This document shows, in pieces, positions 8,689 to 18,100 of a stretch of 45,482 nucleotides of DNA. Origin of the DNA: Anaerolineae bacterium (GTDB taxonomy: Bacteria; Chloroflexota; Anaerolineae; Fen-1058); contig JBGQGR010000001.1 of assembly GCA_041497495.1 (NCBI GenBank), positions 1-45,482 on the forward strand, written 5' to 3'. How positions within the stretch are numbered: position 1 is the stretch's first letter; the number at the start of each line of letters is the position of its first letter. The position numbers and the translations under genes are program-made. A model generated the notes under the pieces. The model saw only the letters and a list, made by a program, of their open reading frames with translations. It was not told the origin of the DNA and made no database searches.

Positions 8689-11600
8689 ATGATCCCATTC
8701 ATCCGCCGCCATTCGATCGTTTTTTCCGCGCTGATCATTTTCGGCCTCGCGCTCATCACGCGTACGGGCGCGATCAAACAATACGTCACGCCCGATGAGC
8801 CGATCTGGGTTCTGCGTTCGCTTAACTTCGCGACGGCGTTGAGCCGCGGCGATTGGGCGGGCACCGCGCAGATCGGTCATCCCGGCGTCACGACAATGTG
8901 GCTGGGATCGATCGGCATCGTGTTGAAACGTTTGGCCGATCCAGCCTCGTCCGCACAGGCGATCGATTGGTTGCAGCATGTCCCGGCGCTCGCGCCTGAC
9001 AATGCTGAAGCCTTCAAGCGACTCGGCGTGTTCCTCACTTTCGCTCGACTGTCGGTGATTTTGATTAACACTCTGGGCGTCGTCGGAATTTTCTTGCTCG
9101 CCCGAAAATTGTTGGGCCATTCGATTGCGCTGCTGGCCGCGCTGTTGATGGCGCTCGATCCGTTTATGGCCGGACTCGGCGGCTTGCTGCATGTCGATGG
9201 CTTGTTGACCACTTTTTCAACACTCTCAGTTTTGTCGTTGTTGATAGCAGTCAATCGACCCTCACCCCCAACCCCTCTCCCTAAAAAGGAGAGGGGAACA
9301 TGGTGGTTCGCATTATCCGGTTTCTTTGCCGCACTCGCCTTTCTCAGCAAGTCGCCCGCATTATTCTTAACCCCTTTTATTTTCTTAGTTGTCATCATTG
9401 CAATCTTGTTCAAAAAGATTCCGCTTCGATCAGCGCTCATCGGTCTTGTTACATTTGTCCTTTGTCATTTGTCATTTGTCATTGTGTTTTATCCCGCCAT
9501 GTGGCTCGATCCGATCGGCACGCTGCAGGGCATCATCGGCCTGGCTTCTTTCTACAGCGGCAATGCCGTGCGACCAACATTCTTCGATGGGCAGTTTGTC
9601 CTGAATCACGGTTTCGGCTTTTATCCGATAGCGTTGCTGTATCGCCTCTCACCGATCGAACTACTTGGCTTGATCATCGCTATCGTTTTCAGCGTGCGCG
9701 CAATCCGCCGGCGCCGAGCCAACTTCCAACCCCCAACTTCCAATTTCTATTCCATTGCCGCCTTTTTCGCTTACGCGATCCTGTTCATCATTTTCATTAC
9801 GCCCGTCGCCAAGAAATACGATCGATACATGCTGCCTGCACTGCCGATGTTAATCTTTATTGGCGCGTGGGCTTTCGATCAACTCAGCGCAGCTTTCACG
9901 CGGCACTTGCCACTTCTTACTCGTTACTCGTTACTCATGATCATCGCGCTGCAATCGATCATCACGCTGAACGCATGGCCTTATCTGCTCATGAGTTACA
10001 ACTTGGCACTTGGCGGCGCGACCGAAGCGCAGAAACATTTTGCGGTGGGCTGGGGCGAAGGCTTAGGAGCCGCCGCAAATTGGATCAATGCCCAGCCGGA
10101 TGGCTTGCAATCGACGGTGGCGACGGCGGCGATTCCATCCTTTGCGCCGATTTTCAGCGGCCGATCAGCCGGGATCGACGATCGGGCTATGGAGTTGGCC
10201 GATTACTATGTGCTCACTCTGAGCGAGCGGCAGTTGAACCCGAATGCCTTCGCCCAACTGCAGGCGCGCGCATCGATCGCGCAGACGCTGCATCTCGGCA
10301 GCCTGGAAGGCGCCTGGGTCTTCACCAACAATTTCGCGCAGCAGCAAGCGGAGTACTTGAATCAAGCGGATGTGCAGACTGATGCGGTTATCACCTTGAT
10401 CGATCTGCCCGTCTCGCGCGCCTACCACGGCGCAGCCAAGTTGGTGGTGCTGCCCGCTGATGTCACACCCCAACAGATCGAATTGATTCTGAACGATTTG
10501 AGCACGCATTATCGGCGGTTGTGGTTTACCTGGTCGACCGCGTCGATGCCCGTGGTCCAAAATCAAATTCAACACTGGCTGTCCCAGACGGCCGATCTGG
10601 TTTCGCAGCAAAGTGTCGGCGCGGTTCAGATTGCGGCTTATGATCTGCGGCCCGGAAAGATCGGACACCTTGATCCGTTCATTGCGCAATTTAATGGCAA
10701 CTTCTTGTTATTGGGTATCACGCCCTCTCCCGCCACGGTGCAGGCAGGCCAATCCAGTAATGTCGTCATGCGCTGGCAAGCCACTGCGTCCATCACAAGC
10801 CTATATACCGCCACGCTGGAATTAGTCGATGGGCAGGGTGAAGTATGGAGCGCCGGGGGGGACCCGATTAGCGATCAAGCTCAATTCTTAACGTCAGCGT
10901 GGCCGATCGGGCATATTGCCGAACAATTTTTTGGTCTCAGCCTGCCGCGTGAAATACCGCCGGGCCAGTATGCAGTAAGAGTCAGCATTGAACAATCGAA
11001 TCAAAGTGTCGGCTTATTCAGCCCGTCGGGCACATTCTCTGGCACTGCGCCGACACTGACTTCGCTGCAAGTCGATCGCAGCGCCAAGCCGCTGAATTCG
11101 ATCGGACGAACGATCGAGTATCCATTCAGCCACACCTGGCAAAACAAAATCACGTTAATCGGTTTTGATAACGGGCCGGGAGTCGTCGTCAACGGCGATC
11201 CATGGACGGTGAATGTGGTGTGGCGGGCAGTGACGGGCAATCTGCCCAAATTAAAAGTCTTGTGGCAGGTGCGCGATCCAAATAATGCGCTGGTTTATGA
11301 AAGCCGTCTGCCGTTCAGTCCATACGCAACGACCAATTGGCGCGCAGGTGAAATCATCGGCGCACGCTACACGCTGCGTTTTCCGGTCGAGCTGCTCAAT
11401 GCCGATTATCATGTCTCGCTGGGCGTGATCGATCCCGACGGCCAATTGTTAGACGGCGGCATGTTCACCCCATTTGATGTGCGGTTGTTGCACCGCGATC
11501 GATCGTTCGATCTGCCCCAAGCGCGCTATCCGATCTCGATCCCGTTCAGCGATCCGGCGATCACGTTGTTCGGCGCGGATTACACTCCGTCGACTGTTCA

Positions 11601-11931
11601 GGCTGGCGATCAACTACCGATCACTTTATATTGGCGGGCCGCAGCCACAACCGAGACGCGGTATAACGTTTTCGTCCATTTCGAAACGCTGGATGGTCGC
11701 GTCATCACCCAAATCGATTCGCAGCCGCAGGGCAGCGGCATGCCCACCACTTCGTGGGCGCCCGGACAATCCATTTCAGATGTTTATCCGTTCAGCATTC
11801 CGGCCGACACGCCGCCCGGCGCATATCAAATCGTCGTGGGCCTGTATAATCCGCTCAATGGCGAGCATTTGATCGATACGGCCACCGGCCTCGATCACGT
11901 CGTGCTGAGTCCGCCGATCATTATCCGCTAA
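8689..11931 (+). CDS. GT-C fold membrane glycosyltransferase-like protein (GT39/PMT_2-like), divergent paralog with C-terminal repeat modules
   Basis: The ORF track starts at 8635, inside repeat copy B. The in-frame ATG at 8689 (MIPFIRRHS...) aligns with the N-terminus of the 5346 paralog (YVTPDE, GHPGVTTMWLG, LDPF, KSPA, KKYDRY). Confidence 0.8.
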   Translation: MIPFIRRHSIVFSALIIFGLALITRTGAIKQYVTPDEPIWVLRSLNFATALSRGDWAGTAQIGHPGVTTMWLGSIGIVLKRLADPASSAQAIDWLQHVPALAPDNAEAFKRLGVFLTFARLSVILINTLGVVGIFLLARKLLGHSIALLAALLMALDPFMAGLGGLLHVDGLLTTFSTLSVLSLLIAVNRPSPPTPLPKKERGTWWFALSGFFAALAFLSKSPALFLTPFIFLVVIIAILFKKIPLRSALIGLVTFVLCHLSFVIVFYPAMWLDPIGTLQGIIGLASFYSGNAVRPTFFDGQFVLNHGFGFYPIALLYRLSPIELLGLIIAIVFSVRAIRRRRANFQPPTSNFYSIAAFFAYAILFIIFITPVAKKYDRYMLPALPMLIFIGAWAFDQLSAAFTRHLPLLTRYSLLMIIALQSIITLNAWPYLLMSYNLALGGATEAQKHFAVGWGEGLGAAANWINAQPDGLQSTVATAAIPSFAPIFSGRSAGIDDRAMELADYYVLTLSERQLNPNAFAQLQARASIAQTLHLGSLEGAWVFTNNFAQQQAEYLNQADVQTDAVITLIDLPVSRAYHGAAKLVVLPADVTPQQIELILNDLSTHYRRLWFTWSTASMPVVQNQIQHWLSQTADLVSQQSVGAVQIAAYDLRPGKIGHLDPFIAQFNGNFLLLGITPSPATVQAGQSSNVVMRWQATASITSLYTATLELVDGQGEVWSAGGDPISDQAQFLTSAWPIGHIAEQFFGLSLPREIPPGQYAVRVSIEQSNQSVGLFSPSGTFSGTAPTLTSLQVDRSAKPLNSIGRTIEYPFSHTWQNKITLIGFDNGPGVVVNGDPWTVNVVWRAVTGNLPKLKVLWQVRDPNNALVYESRLPFSPYATTNWRAGEIIGARYTLRFPVELLNADYHVSLGVIDPDGQLLDGGMFTPFDVRLLHRDRSFDLPQARYPISIPFSDPAITLFGADYTPSTVQAGDQLPITLYWRAAATTETRYNVFVHFETLDGRVITQIDSQPQGSGMPTTSWAPGQSISDVYPFSIPADTPPGAYQIVVGLYNPLNGEHLIDTATGLDHVVLSPPIIIR
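9272..9296. repeat. Perfect 9-bp hairpin CCCCTCTCC-CTAAAAA-GGAGAGGGG lying in-frame inside the 8689..11931 CDS
   Basis: Read directly and preceded by CTCACCCCCAACCCC. A related element (CCTCACCCCATCCCC...GGGGAAGGGG...GGGTGAGG) sits in the intergenic region at 33198..33301. It encodes SPPTPLPKKERGT, about 10 residues absent from the 5346 paralog. Confidence 0.75.
9448..9489. repeat. Heptanucleotide array inside a CDS (GTTACAT TTGTCCT TTGTCAT TTGTCAT TTGTCAT TGTGTTT)
   Basis: Three perfect TTGTCAT units read directly. They are translated in-frame as VTFVLCHLSFVIVF within a TM segment. Confidence 0.8.
9916..9943. repeat. Heptanucleotide array inside a CDS (CTTACTC GTTACTC GTTACTC ATGATCA)
   Basis: The 16-mer GTTACTCGTTACTCAT is shared with the intergenic array at 27806..27821. 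Confidence 0.75.
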
Positions 11932-11951
11932 GCCTCTTTACTGATGATTCA

Positions 11952-14900
11952 ATGACCGCCTCTACTCTTCGCTCTTCAGCGCTCATCACTCGTCACTCAT
12001 CACTTATCATTCGTCATTTATCATTGATATTGATCGGCCTGATCCTCGTCGCGCCGTTACTTCAATCAGCGCCGCTGCAAACCGATGACGGCGCGCTGCA
12101 TATCTATCGCACCGTCGCGCTCGATCGAGCGATCCATGACGGCTTGATCTATCCGCGCTGGTTTCCCGATCTGACTTTTGGATACGGCTTTCCCTTCTTT
12201 AATTATCGCGAACCGCTGGGCTACTATCTGATCGAACTGCTGCATCTTGTTGGTTTGACCCTTCCATTGAGCCTGAATCTTGTTTTGGCCGGAAGCGTCA
12301 TCCTGAGCGGCTTGGCGATGATGTGGTGGGCCAGCGACATCTTCGATCAACGCGCGGGCTTTGTTGCGGGTGTCCTGTACATGGCCTCGCCCTATACCTT
12401 GATCGGCCCGATCGAGCGCGGGAATATGCCGGAAGTGATCGCGCTGGCCTTGATCCCATTGGCATTGTGGGCTTTCCGCCGATTGATCGCCATCGGCGGA
12501 AGAAAATATTTTGTTGCGTCAGTCGTAGTCTATTCGGCCTTATTGCTCACGCATAACATTTCGAGCTTGATTTTTACGCCGATGCTTATTGCGTACTGCG
12601 TGTTGCGTATTGCTAACCCATCATTACCCATTACGCAGTACGCCGTACGTAATGCTTTGTTCGCAATAATCATATCGCTCGCGCTGACATCGTTCTTCTG
12701 GCTGCCCGCGCTGGCCGAGGGCAACTATGTGCAGTTGTATCTCACTCATTCGAACCGCAACAACGATTATCATTTCAACTTTCTGTCGCCGGGCGAACTT
12801 TTCAGCGGGCCCGGTCCATCCGATCCCAATCTCTTAAATCCGCCTTTGCGTTTCACGCTCGGCTGGCCGCAGATCGCCGCCGCGATCTTGGGACTGATCG
12901 CTTACCGTCGCAAGCCAACACGCCATCAACACGCACACCTCATCGCCGCCAGCGTTACCGCACTGATCTTCATCTGCATGACGCTCCCGATCTCACTCCC
13001 CCTTTGGGACAACTTACCGTTGATTCGATTCATCCAATTTCCGTGGCGCTTCGTCGGACGGGCTATGCTGCCGATCGCACTGCTCGGCGGCGCAGCCAGC
13101 TACACCCTTGCAGCACGCCTGTCTCGCATGCTTGCCAACACGCTGTCGTTCGTTCTCGTCATCGCCGTTCTCGTCTTCGCCACTCCGTTACTCTATCCGC
13201 GTGTCAGTTCGATCAAAGACACGCTCAACATCACTGACGTGTTTGCTTACGAACACGCGACCGGCAACATCGGCATCGATCCGGTCGGCGCGTATTTGCC
13301 GATCAGCGTTCAACAGCGGCCGGACGGATCACCGCTTGAAGAAGATTATGCAAGCGGTCGATCGATCCGGCGTTTCGATCGATCGGCTCTACCAAATGGA
13401 GCAGTGATCAGCAGCGAAATCTATCGGCCCAACTCTGCCTCGATCGATCTCTCTAGCCCAATCGATTTCCGCGCAACTTATTTGACGTTCGATTTTCCGG
13501 GCTGGCAAGTCTCGATCGATCAACAGCCAATCTCGATCGTTCCGTCTGATCCGATCGGCTTGATCACCTTCGACGTTCCGGCGGGCCAACATCACATTGA
13601 AGTATCATTCGGCTCAACCCCGATTCGATCGATAGCAGAGATAGTATCGTTATTTGGATTAATCGCACTGGTAATCAGTCTCTTTTACATGCAATCAAGC
13701 AGCAACCACGAAAGCACAACGGCACACAGTAATCTTGGTATCTTCGCTTCTTGGTGGTTCATCCTAATCCCAATCACTTTTCTGCTCGTCAAATTGCTGC
13801 TCATCGATACACAGCTCACGCCATTTCGAACAACTCGTCTGGCTAATGATCGGATAACAAGCGTGTCCCATCCGCTGCAGATCGACTTCGGCGGTCAAAT
13901 GCGCTTGTTAGGCTACGACATCTCGTCAACCACTGCGCCATCCGGCGAAAGCGTCCGCGTCGATCTGTATTGGCGCGCGCTCACGCCGATGACCACCGAG
14001 TATCAAACCACCGTCGGCGTGATTGATGCTCGCGGCGAAATCTGGAGCCCCAAATCGCTCGATCGACCGCGTGACTTTCAAGACTCTCCGCCGACGACGC
14101 AGTGGTCAACAGCTTCATACGCGATCGATAGTTTTGAATTGCCGATCAGGCCTGGTACACCGCCTGAGACTTATTCAATTTATGCAGAAGTGTTTAATCG
14201 CAGCACGCTGATTCCGCTTTCGGCACAAGCGACTGTACCGCATCCGAGCCAGCGACCGGCTGATGCGGTTATCGGCCCGATCTCGGTCAGCCATTCTTCG
14301 CAAGTTTTTTCCAGCGACCAACTCGGTATCTATAACCTGAAACTCGATCAAGCGCTTACGCCTGATCTTAAGCTCTTGGGCGTGAATCGCGATCGGGATG
14401 ATGTCCTGTCCGGCGACACGGTGCTACTGACGCTGTTCTGGCAGGCCGCACAAAAACCGGCTCAAGATTACGCGCTCAAGATCGAATTGATTGATGCGCG
14501 GAATCAACCCGTCGCCACTCGCGGTTTCCCGATCGGGAGTGTGTACTACCCCACCTCCAACTGGAACAATGGCGAACAGATTATCGATCTCGATCGCGTG
14601 CGCGTACCAGCCAGCACATCGACTGGCTCTTACCACTGGCGCATGACCGTCTTGAATCAATTCACAGCGGATTTGGGCGAAGTGCGCGTCACTGCGCCCG
14701 ATCGATCTTTTCAAATTCCAACGATCCCGCATCGTCTCGATCAAACATTTGACGACAAGATTACATTGTTGGGCTACCAGCTTGAAGGACAACCGCAACG
14801 AGGACACGACCTGCAGGTCACTCTATTCTGGCGCGCCGACGCCGACATGGCTTCATCGTATAAAGTCTTCGTGCATTTACTCGACACGAATGGTCAACCA

Positions 14901-15125
14901 CGCGCGCAGATTGATTCAATCCCGCTGAGCGGCTCGCGTCCGACGACGAGTTGGCTGCCCGGTGAAATTCTTACCGACACCTACACACTGACTTTGCCAA
15001 GTGACTTACCGACAGGAGAATATCATCTTGCCACAGGCTTCTATAACGAGGATGATTTAGCCCGGTTGAAGTTGGCGAACGGCGATGATTCGATCGTATT
15101 ACAGTCGATCGATCTTGCGCCTTAG
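11952..15125 (+). CDS. GT-C fold membrane protein, YfhO / PTPS-related-like, with three C-terminal repeat modules
   Basis: 1057-aa ORF. N-terminal D..H.YR........G..YPRWFPD...GYGFPFFNY..PLGYY, many TM helices, then FPGWQVSIDQQPISIV...VPAGQHHIEVSF followed by a late TM, as in YfhO-type proteins. Three modules of about 110 aa follow from about nt 13869. The first ~25 codons are a heptamer array, so the true start may be TTG 12024 or 12030. Confidence 0.75.
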   Translation: MTASTLRSSALITRHSSLIIRHLSLILIGLILVAPLLQSAPLQTDDGALHIYRTVALDRAIHDGLIYPRWFPDLTFGYGFPFFNYREPLGYYLIELLHLVGLTLPLSLNLVLAGSVILSGLAMMWWASDIFDQRAGFVAGVLYMASPYTLIGPIERGNMPEVIALALIPLALWAFRRLIAIGGRKYFVASVVVYSALLLTHNISSLIFTPMLIAYCVLRIANPSLPITQYAVRNALFAIIISLALTSFFWLPALAEGNYVQLYLTHSNRNNDYHFNFLSPGELFSGPGPSDPNLLNPPLRFTLGWPQIAAAILGLIAYRRKPTRHQHAHLIAASVTALIFICMTLPISLPLWDNLPLIRFIQFPWRFVGRAMLPIALLGGAASYTLAARLSRMLANTLSFVLVIAVLVFATPLLYPRVSSIKDTLNITDVFAYEHATGNIGIDPVGAYLPISVQQRPDGSPLEEDYASGRSIRRFDRSALPNGAVISSEIYRPNSASIDLSSPIDFRATYLTFDFPGWQVSIDQQPISIVPSDPIGLITFDVPAGQHHIEVSFGSTPIRSIAEIVSLFGLIALVISLFYMQSSSNHESTTAHSNLGIFASWWFILIPITFLLVKLLLIDTQLTPFRTTRLANDRITSVSHPLQIDFGGQMRLLGYDISSTTAPSGESVRVDLYWRALTPMTTEYQTTVGVIDARGEIWSPKSLDRPRDFQDSPPTTQWSTASYAIDSFELPIRPGTPPETYSIYAEVFNRSTLIPLSAQATVPHPSQRPADAVIGPISVSHSSQVFSSDQLGIYNLKLDQALTPDLKLLGVNRDRDDVLSGDTVLLTLFWQAAQKPAQDYALKIELIDARNQPVATRGFPIGSVYYPTSNWNNGEQIIDLDRVRVPASTSTGSYHWRMTVLNQFTADLGEVRVTAPDRSFQIPTIPHRLDQTFDDKITLLGYQLEGQPQRGHDLQVTLFWRADADMASSYKVFVHLLDTNGQPRAQIDSIPLSGSRPTTSWLPGEILTDTYTLTLPSDLPTGEYHLATGFYNEDDLARLKLANGDDSIVLQSIDLAP
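11961..12036. repeat. Heptanucleotide array (…GCTCATC ACTCGTC ACTCATC ACTTATC ATTCGTC ATTTATC ATTGATA TTGATCG)
   Basis: 7-nt periodicity read directly. It overlaps the annotated 5' end of the 11952 ORF. Confidence 0.75.
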
Positions 15126-15128
15126 CTA

Positions 15129-18100
15129 TTATTGAGATACGTTGATCACATCGTCAAGAATCACACGTCGATTCACCGCGTCGATGTTTCGACCACCGCC
15201 GATTGGCAATCGATCATTTGACGGCAGATACAACCCGATCGCGATTCGATACGAACCCGAGGGCAGATCGAGCAACGGCAGAGCGATCGTGTCGTTTACC
15301 ACTTCACCCCGCAGCCAGCGCGAAGTGGGATAAGCATTATTGCGCGGCATCGCATCCGACTGCGCCACAATTTTCTCCGTCGTCGGATCGAACACATGCA
15401 CGAAGACCTTGTAATTCGCATCGACATTCGTGACTGCCTTCCAGGTCGGCTTGAAGATCAGCGTTTGTCCATCCCGCGCTAAATCATAACCTAGCAATTC
15501 GATCTGATTGCCAAAAATCGCATCGATGCGATTCGGCACGGACGGCTCGGTGAAATCGCGTGAAGGCGGCTCGATCGATGTCCACGCATAAGTTGAATCG
15601 AGACGAATACCATCGATTGTCGCCCGGCCCACTTCTTCCTTCGAAGCCACATGATAAAGAATCACATCCAGTGCATACACTCCGGTACGCGGCAGGTCAC
15701 TTGGCAGTGATAACGTGTAAGCCTCATTTAGCGCACCAATTTGCCACGCGCTTGTTGGTTGAAAGCCGTAACCCGGCTGCGTATCCAGCGTCGCTGAACG
15801 TTCGCCGGTTGAATCGTGCAGCCGCAATGAAATCCCGTAATTCGCAGCGGTCGATCCACTAACCGACCAGCTCAACAACACATCCAACTGATCCGAATCG
15901 AGATGCTGCACTTGGACCGCCGCCAGTCCGATCGATGGCGTGAGATTACCAAACAGATGTGCGCCAGCAAATGTTCGATCGCTCTTAATCCAAATTGGCT
16001 TGAGATATTGATCGATCGATCCGACTTGCACGCGCACGTAATACAAGCCGGTCGCTAATCGATACGGCGAAGTCAAGCGGACAGTGCTGGTGCCCGATTG
16101 GATCATCACGCTTTCTTGATTGATTGGACTTGGGCCGTTGAACAAGTGGGTCGAGGGCGTGACCAGCGCAATGGTCGCGCTTACAGCTTGTGTTGTTGCT
16201 ACCTCCCAATTCAGCGATAGATTGATTGATTGATCACTTATCTCACTAAGCTCATATCCGATTAGCTTTGCCGCGCTCCCGAAATCCACTCCGCCCGGAT
16301 TGTGATGCAGCCACGGCTTGCTGTCAAAATCCATCGTCAAATCACTTCCGTTGGCTGCGACTACATTGCTCGCTTGGACTAAGCTGCCTAATACAATAAT
16401 GATAATCGTTACCACTAGCCCATATATCAGACGAAGAGCAAACAGTCTTAATCCGTGCGGATACGCGCGGATACGCATCCACAACAAGATCGCCAAAACA
16501 ATCAGGGCAACAATCGAAACCAGCTCACCAATTACGCGAATCGTTGTATGCCCCAAGCTAAATTCGACGCGATGCTCGCCCCGCGGCACATCGATCTGAA
16601 TATAGCCCAGATCGGGCGCGGGCATTGCTTCAACATTTTGTCCATCAATCGATGCGAGCCAGCCCGGCCAATAGAGCAGCGGAAAGTCCAGCGTCGCCGA
16701 ATTCGAAGTCACCGCGACTTGCCAAACTTGATCAATCGCTCCGCGCGAGAGTTGGGTTGAGGCAGCAACACCGTTCGCCACGATCGCCTGCGGAGGCAAT
16801 GCTGGATCGATCAACACTGAACTAGTATACAGTCGCGGAATCACAGTGCGCGGCAAATATTCAGCGCGGATTGTCGTGCCGATATTGGACGTGAACGCTT
16901 CGTAGAGCTGCAATCGATCCGGCGTGATCTCATCGGCGCGAATCGGAAGGTAGTCGGGACGCAATGGGATCAGAATTGAGGCAACAAGTGCGAGACCAAT
17001 TAAACCGCTGAGGGTACGGAGAACATTGAGGTTTTTGTGTAATTTCCCCCCGTTTTCCGCACGCCCGGCGGTAAATAGAATTCCTATATAGCCAATCGCC
17101 ATCGAAGTAAACAGCGCTTGTATCGATAAGAAACGCCACGGAAATTGCGTGAACGGCAGCAGCGGCAGATGATCCCACAGCACGCGCGATAACGGCGTAA
17201 TCATAAAGGTGGATAAACCGAGACCGATCAGCGCGAAGACGCGCAGTGACTTATTTTGATCGCGCCGCCAGGTAACGGCTAGAGCGATCAAGCCCAGCGC
17301 AGTGCCAAGCGTTTGAATCAGTCCCATGGCAAACGGTGTGTTCGAGCCGGGCGCAGTTGCGATCGAGTAATCGAAACCGATCGAGCCTTGCACCAGATCG
17401 ACCGAGCGGAAATGTTCGGCGTAATTGAAATAGCCGGTCGTCTGTACATCCAGCTGTGCCAAGTTCGATTCGCCCAAAGCCGGCAGCCAGAACCACGCGG
17501 ACAAAGCGAACGCCAAGCCCAAACCCGCCATCAGAGAAAGCAGGCTTTGTTTTTTAGGCCGCAGTTTGGACTGCAAAATCTGGATGAGGGCGTATATCAA
17601 CGCAAACGGTGAAAAGATCAGGGCAGAGGCGTTATGCGTCAGAATCAAGCCGCCGTAGGCTAGGGCCAGCCCATAAAACAATCGGGGCGCAGCCAGCGCC
17701 CGCTCGATCGCCAGCAAACTGAGCGGGTAAAAAATGAAGGCATAAAACTCAGACAGCGAATCGCCGCGCACGTAAACATTGACGAAGTGAAACGGCGCGT
17801 ACAGGTAAGCGATTGCGATCAGCCAGCTGATCGATCGGGTGCTGAAGTGCCAATCGGCCCAGCGAAACATCGCGAAAGCGGCGAACGCGAAGCCCAACGT
17901 TTGAACGATCTTAATCGAGATCAGCAGATCGAAACCAAGGAAATTGAAAATCGCGCCGAAGTAATAGGGCAGTGAAGCGTAATAGTTGAAGAATGGATAA
18001 CCGAGGCCATAGGCGGCATCCGGCATCCAGCGCGCGGGGAACACACCGTCATGCAGATTGGTGACGAGCTGCTGTAATCGGAAGAACAAGAACGGACTGT

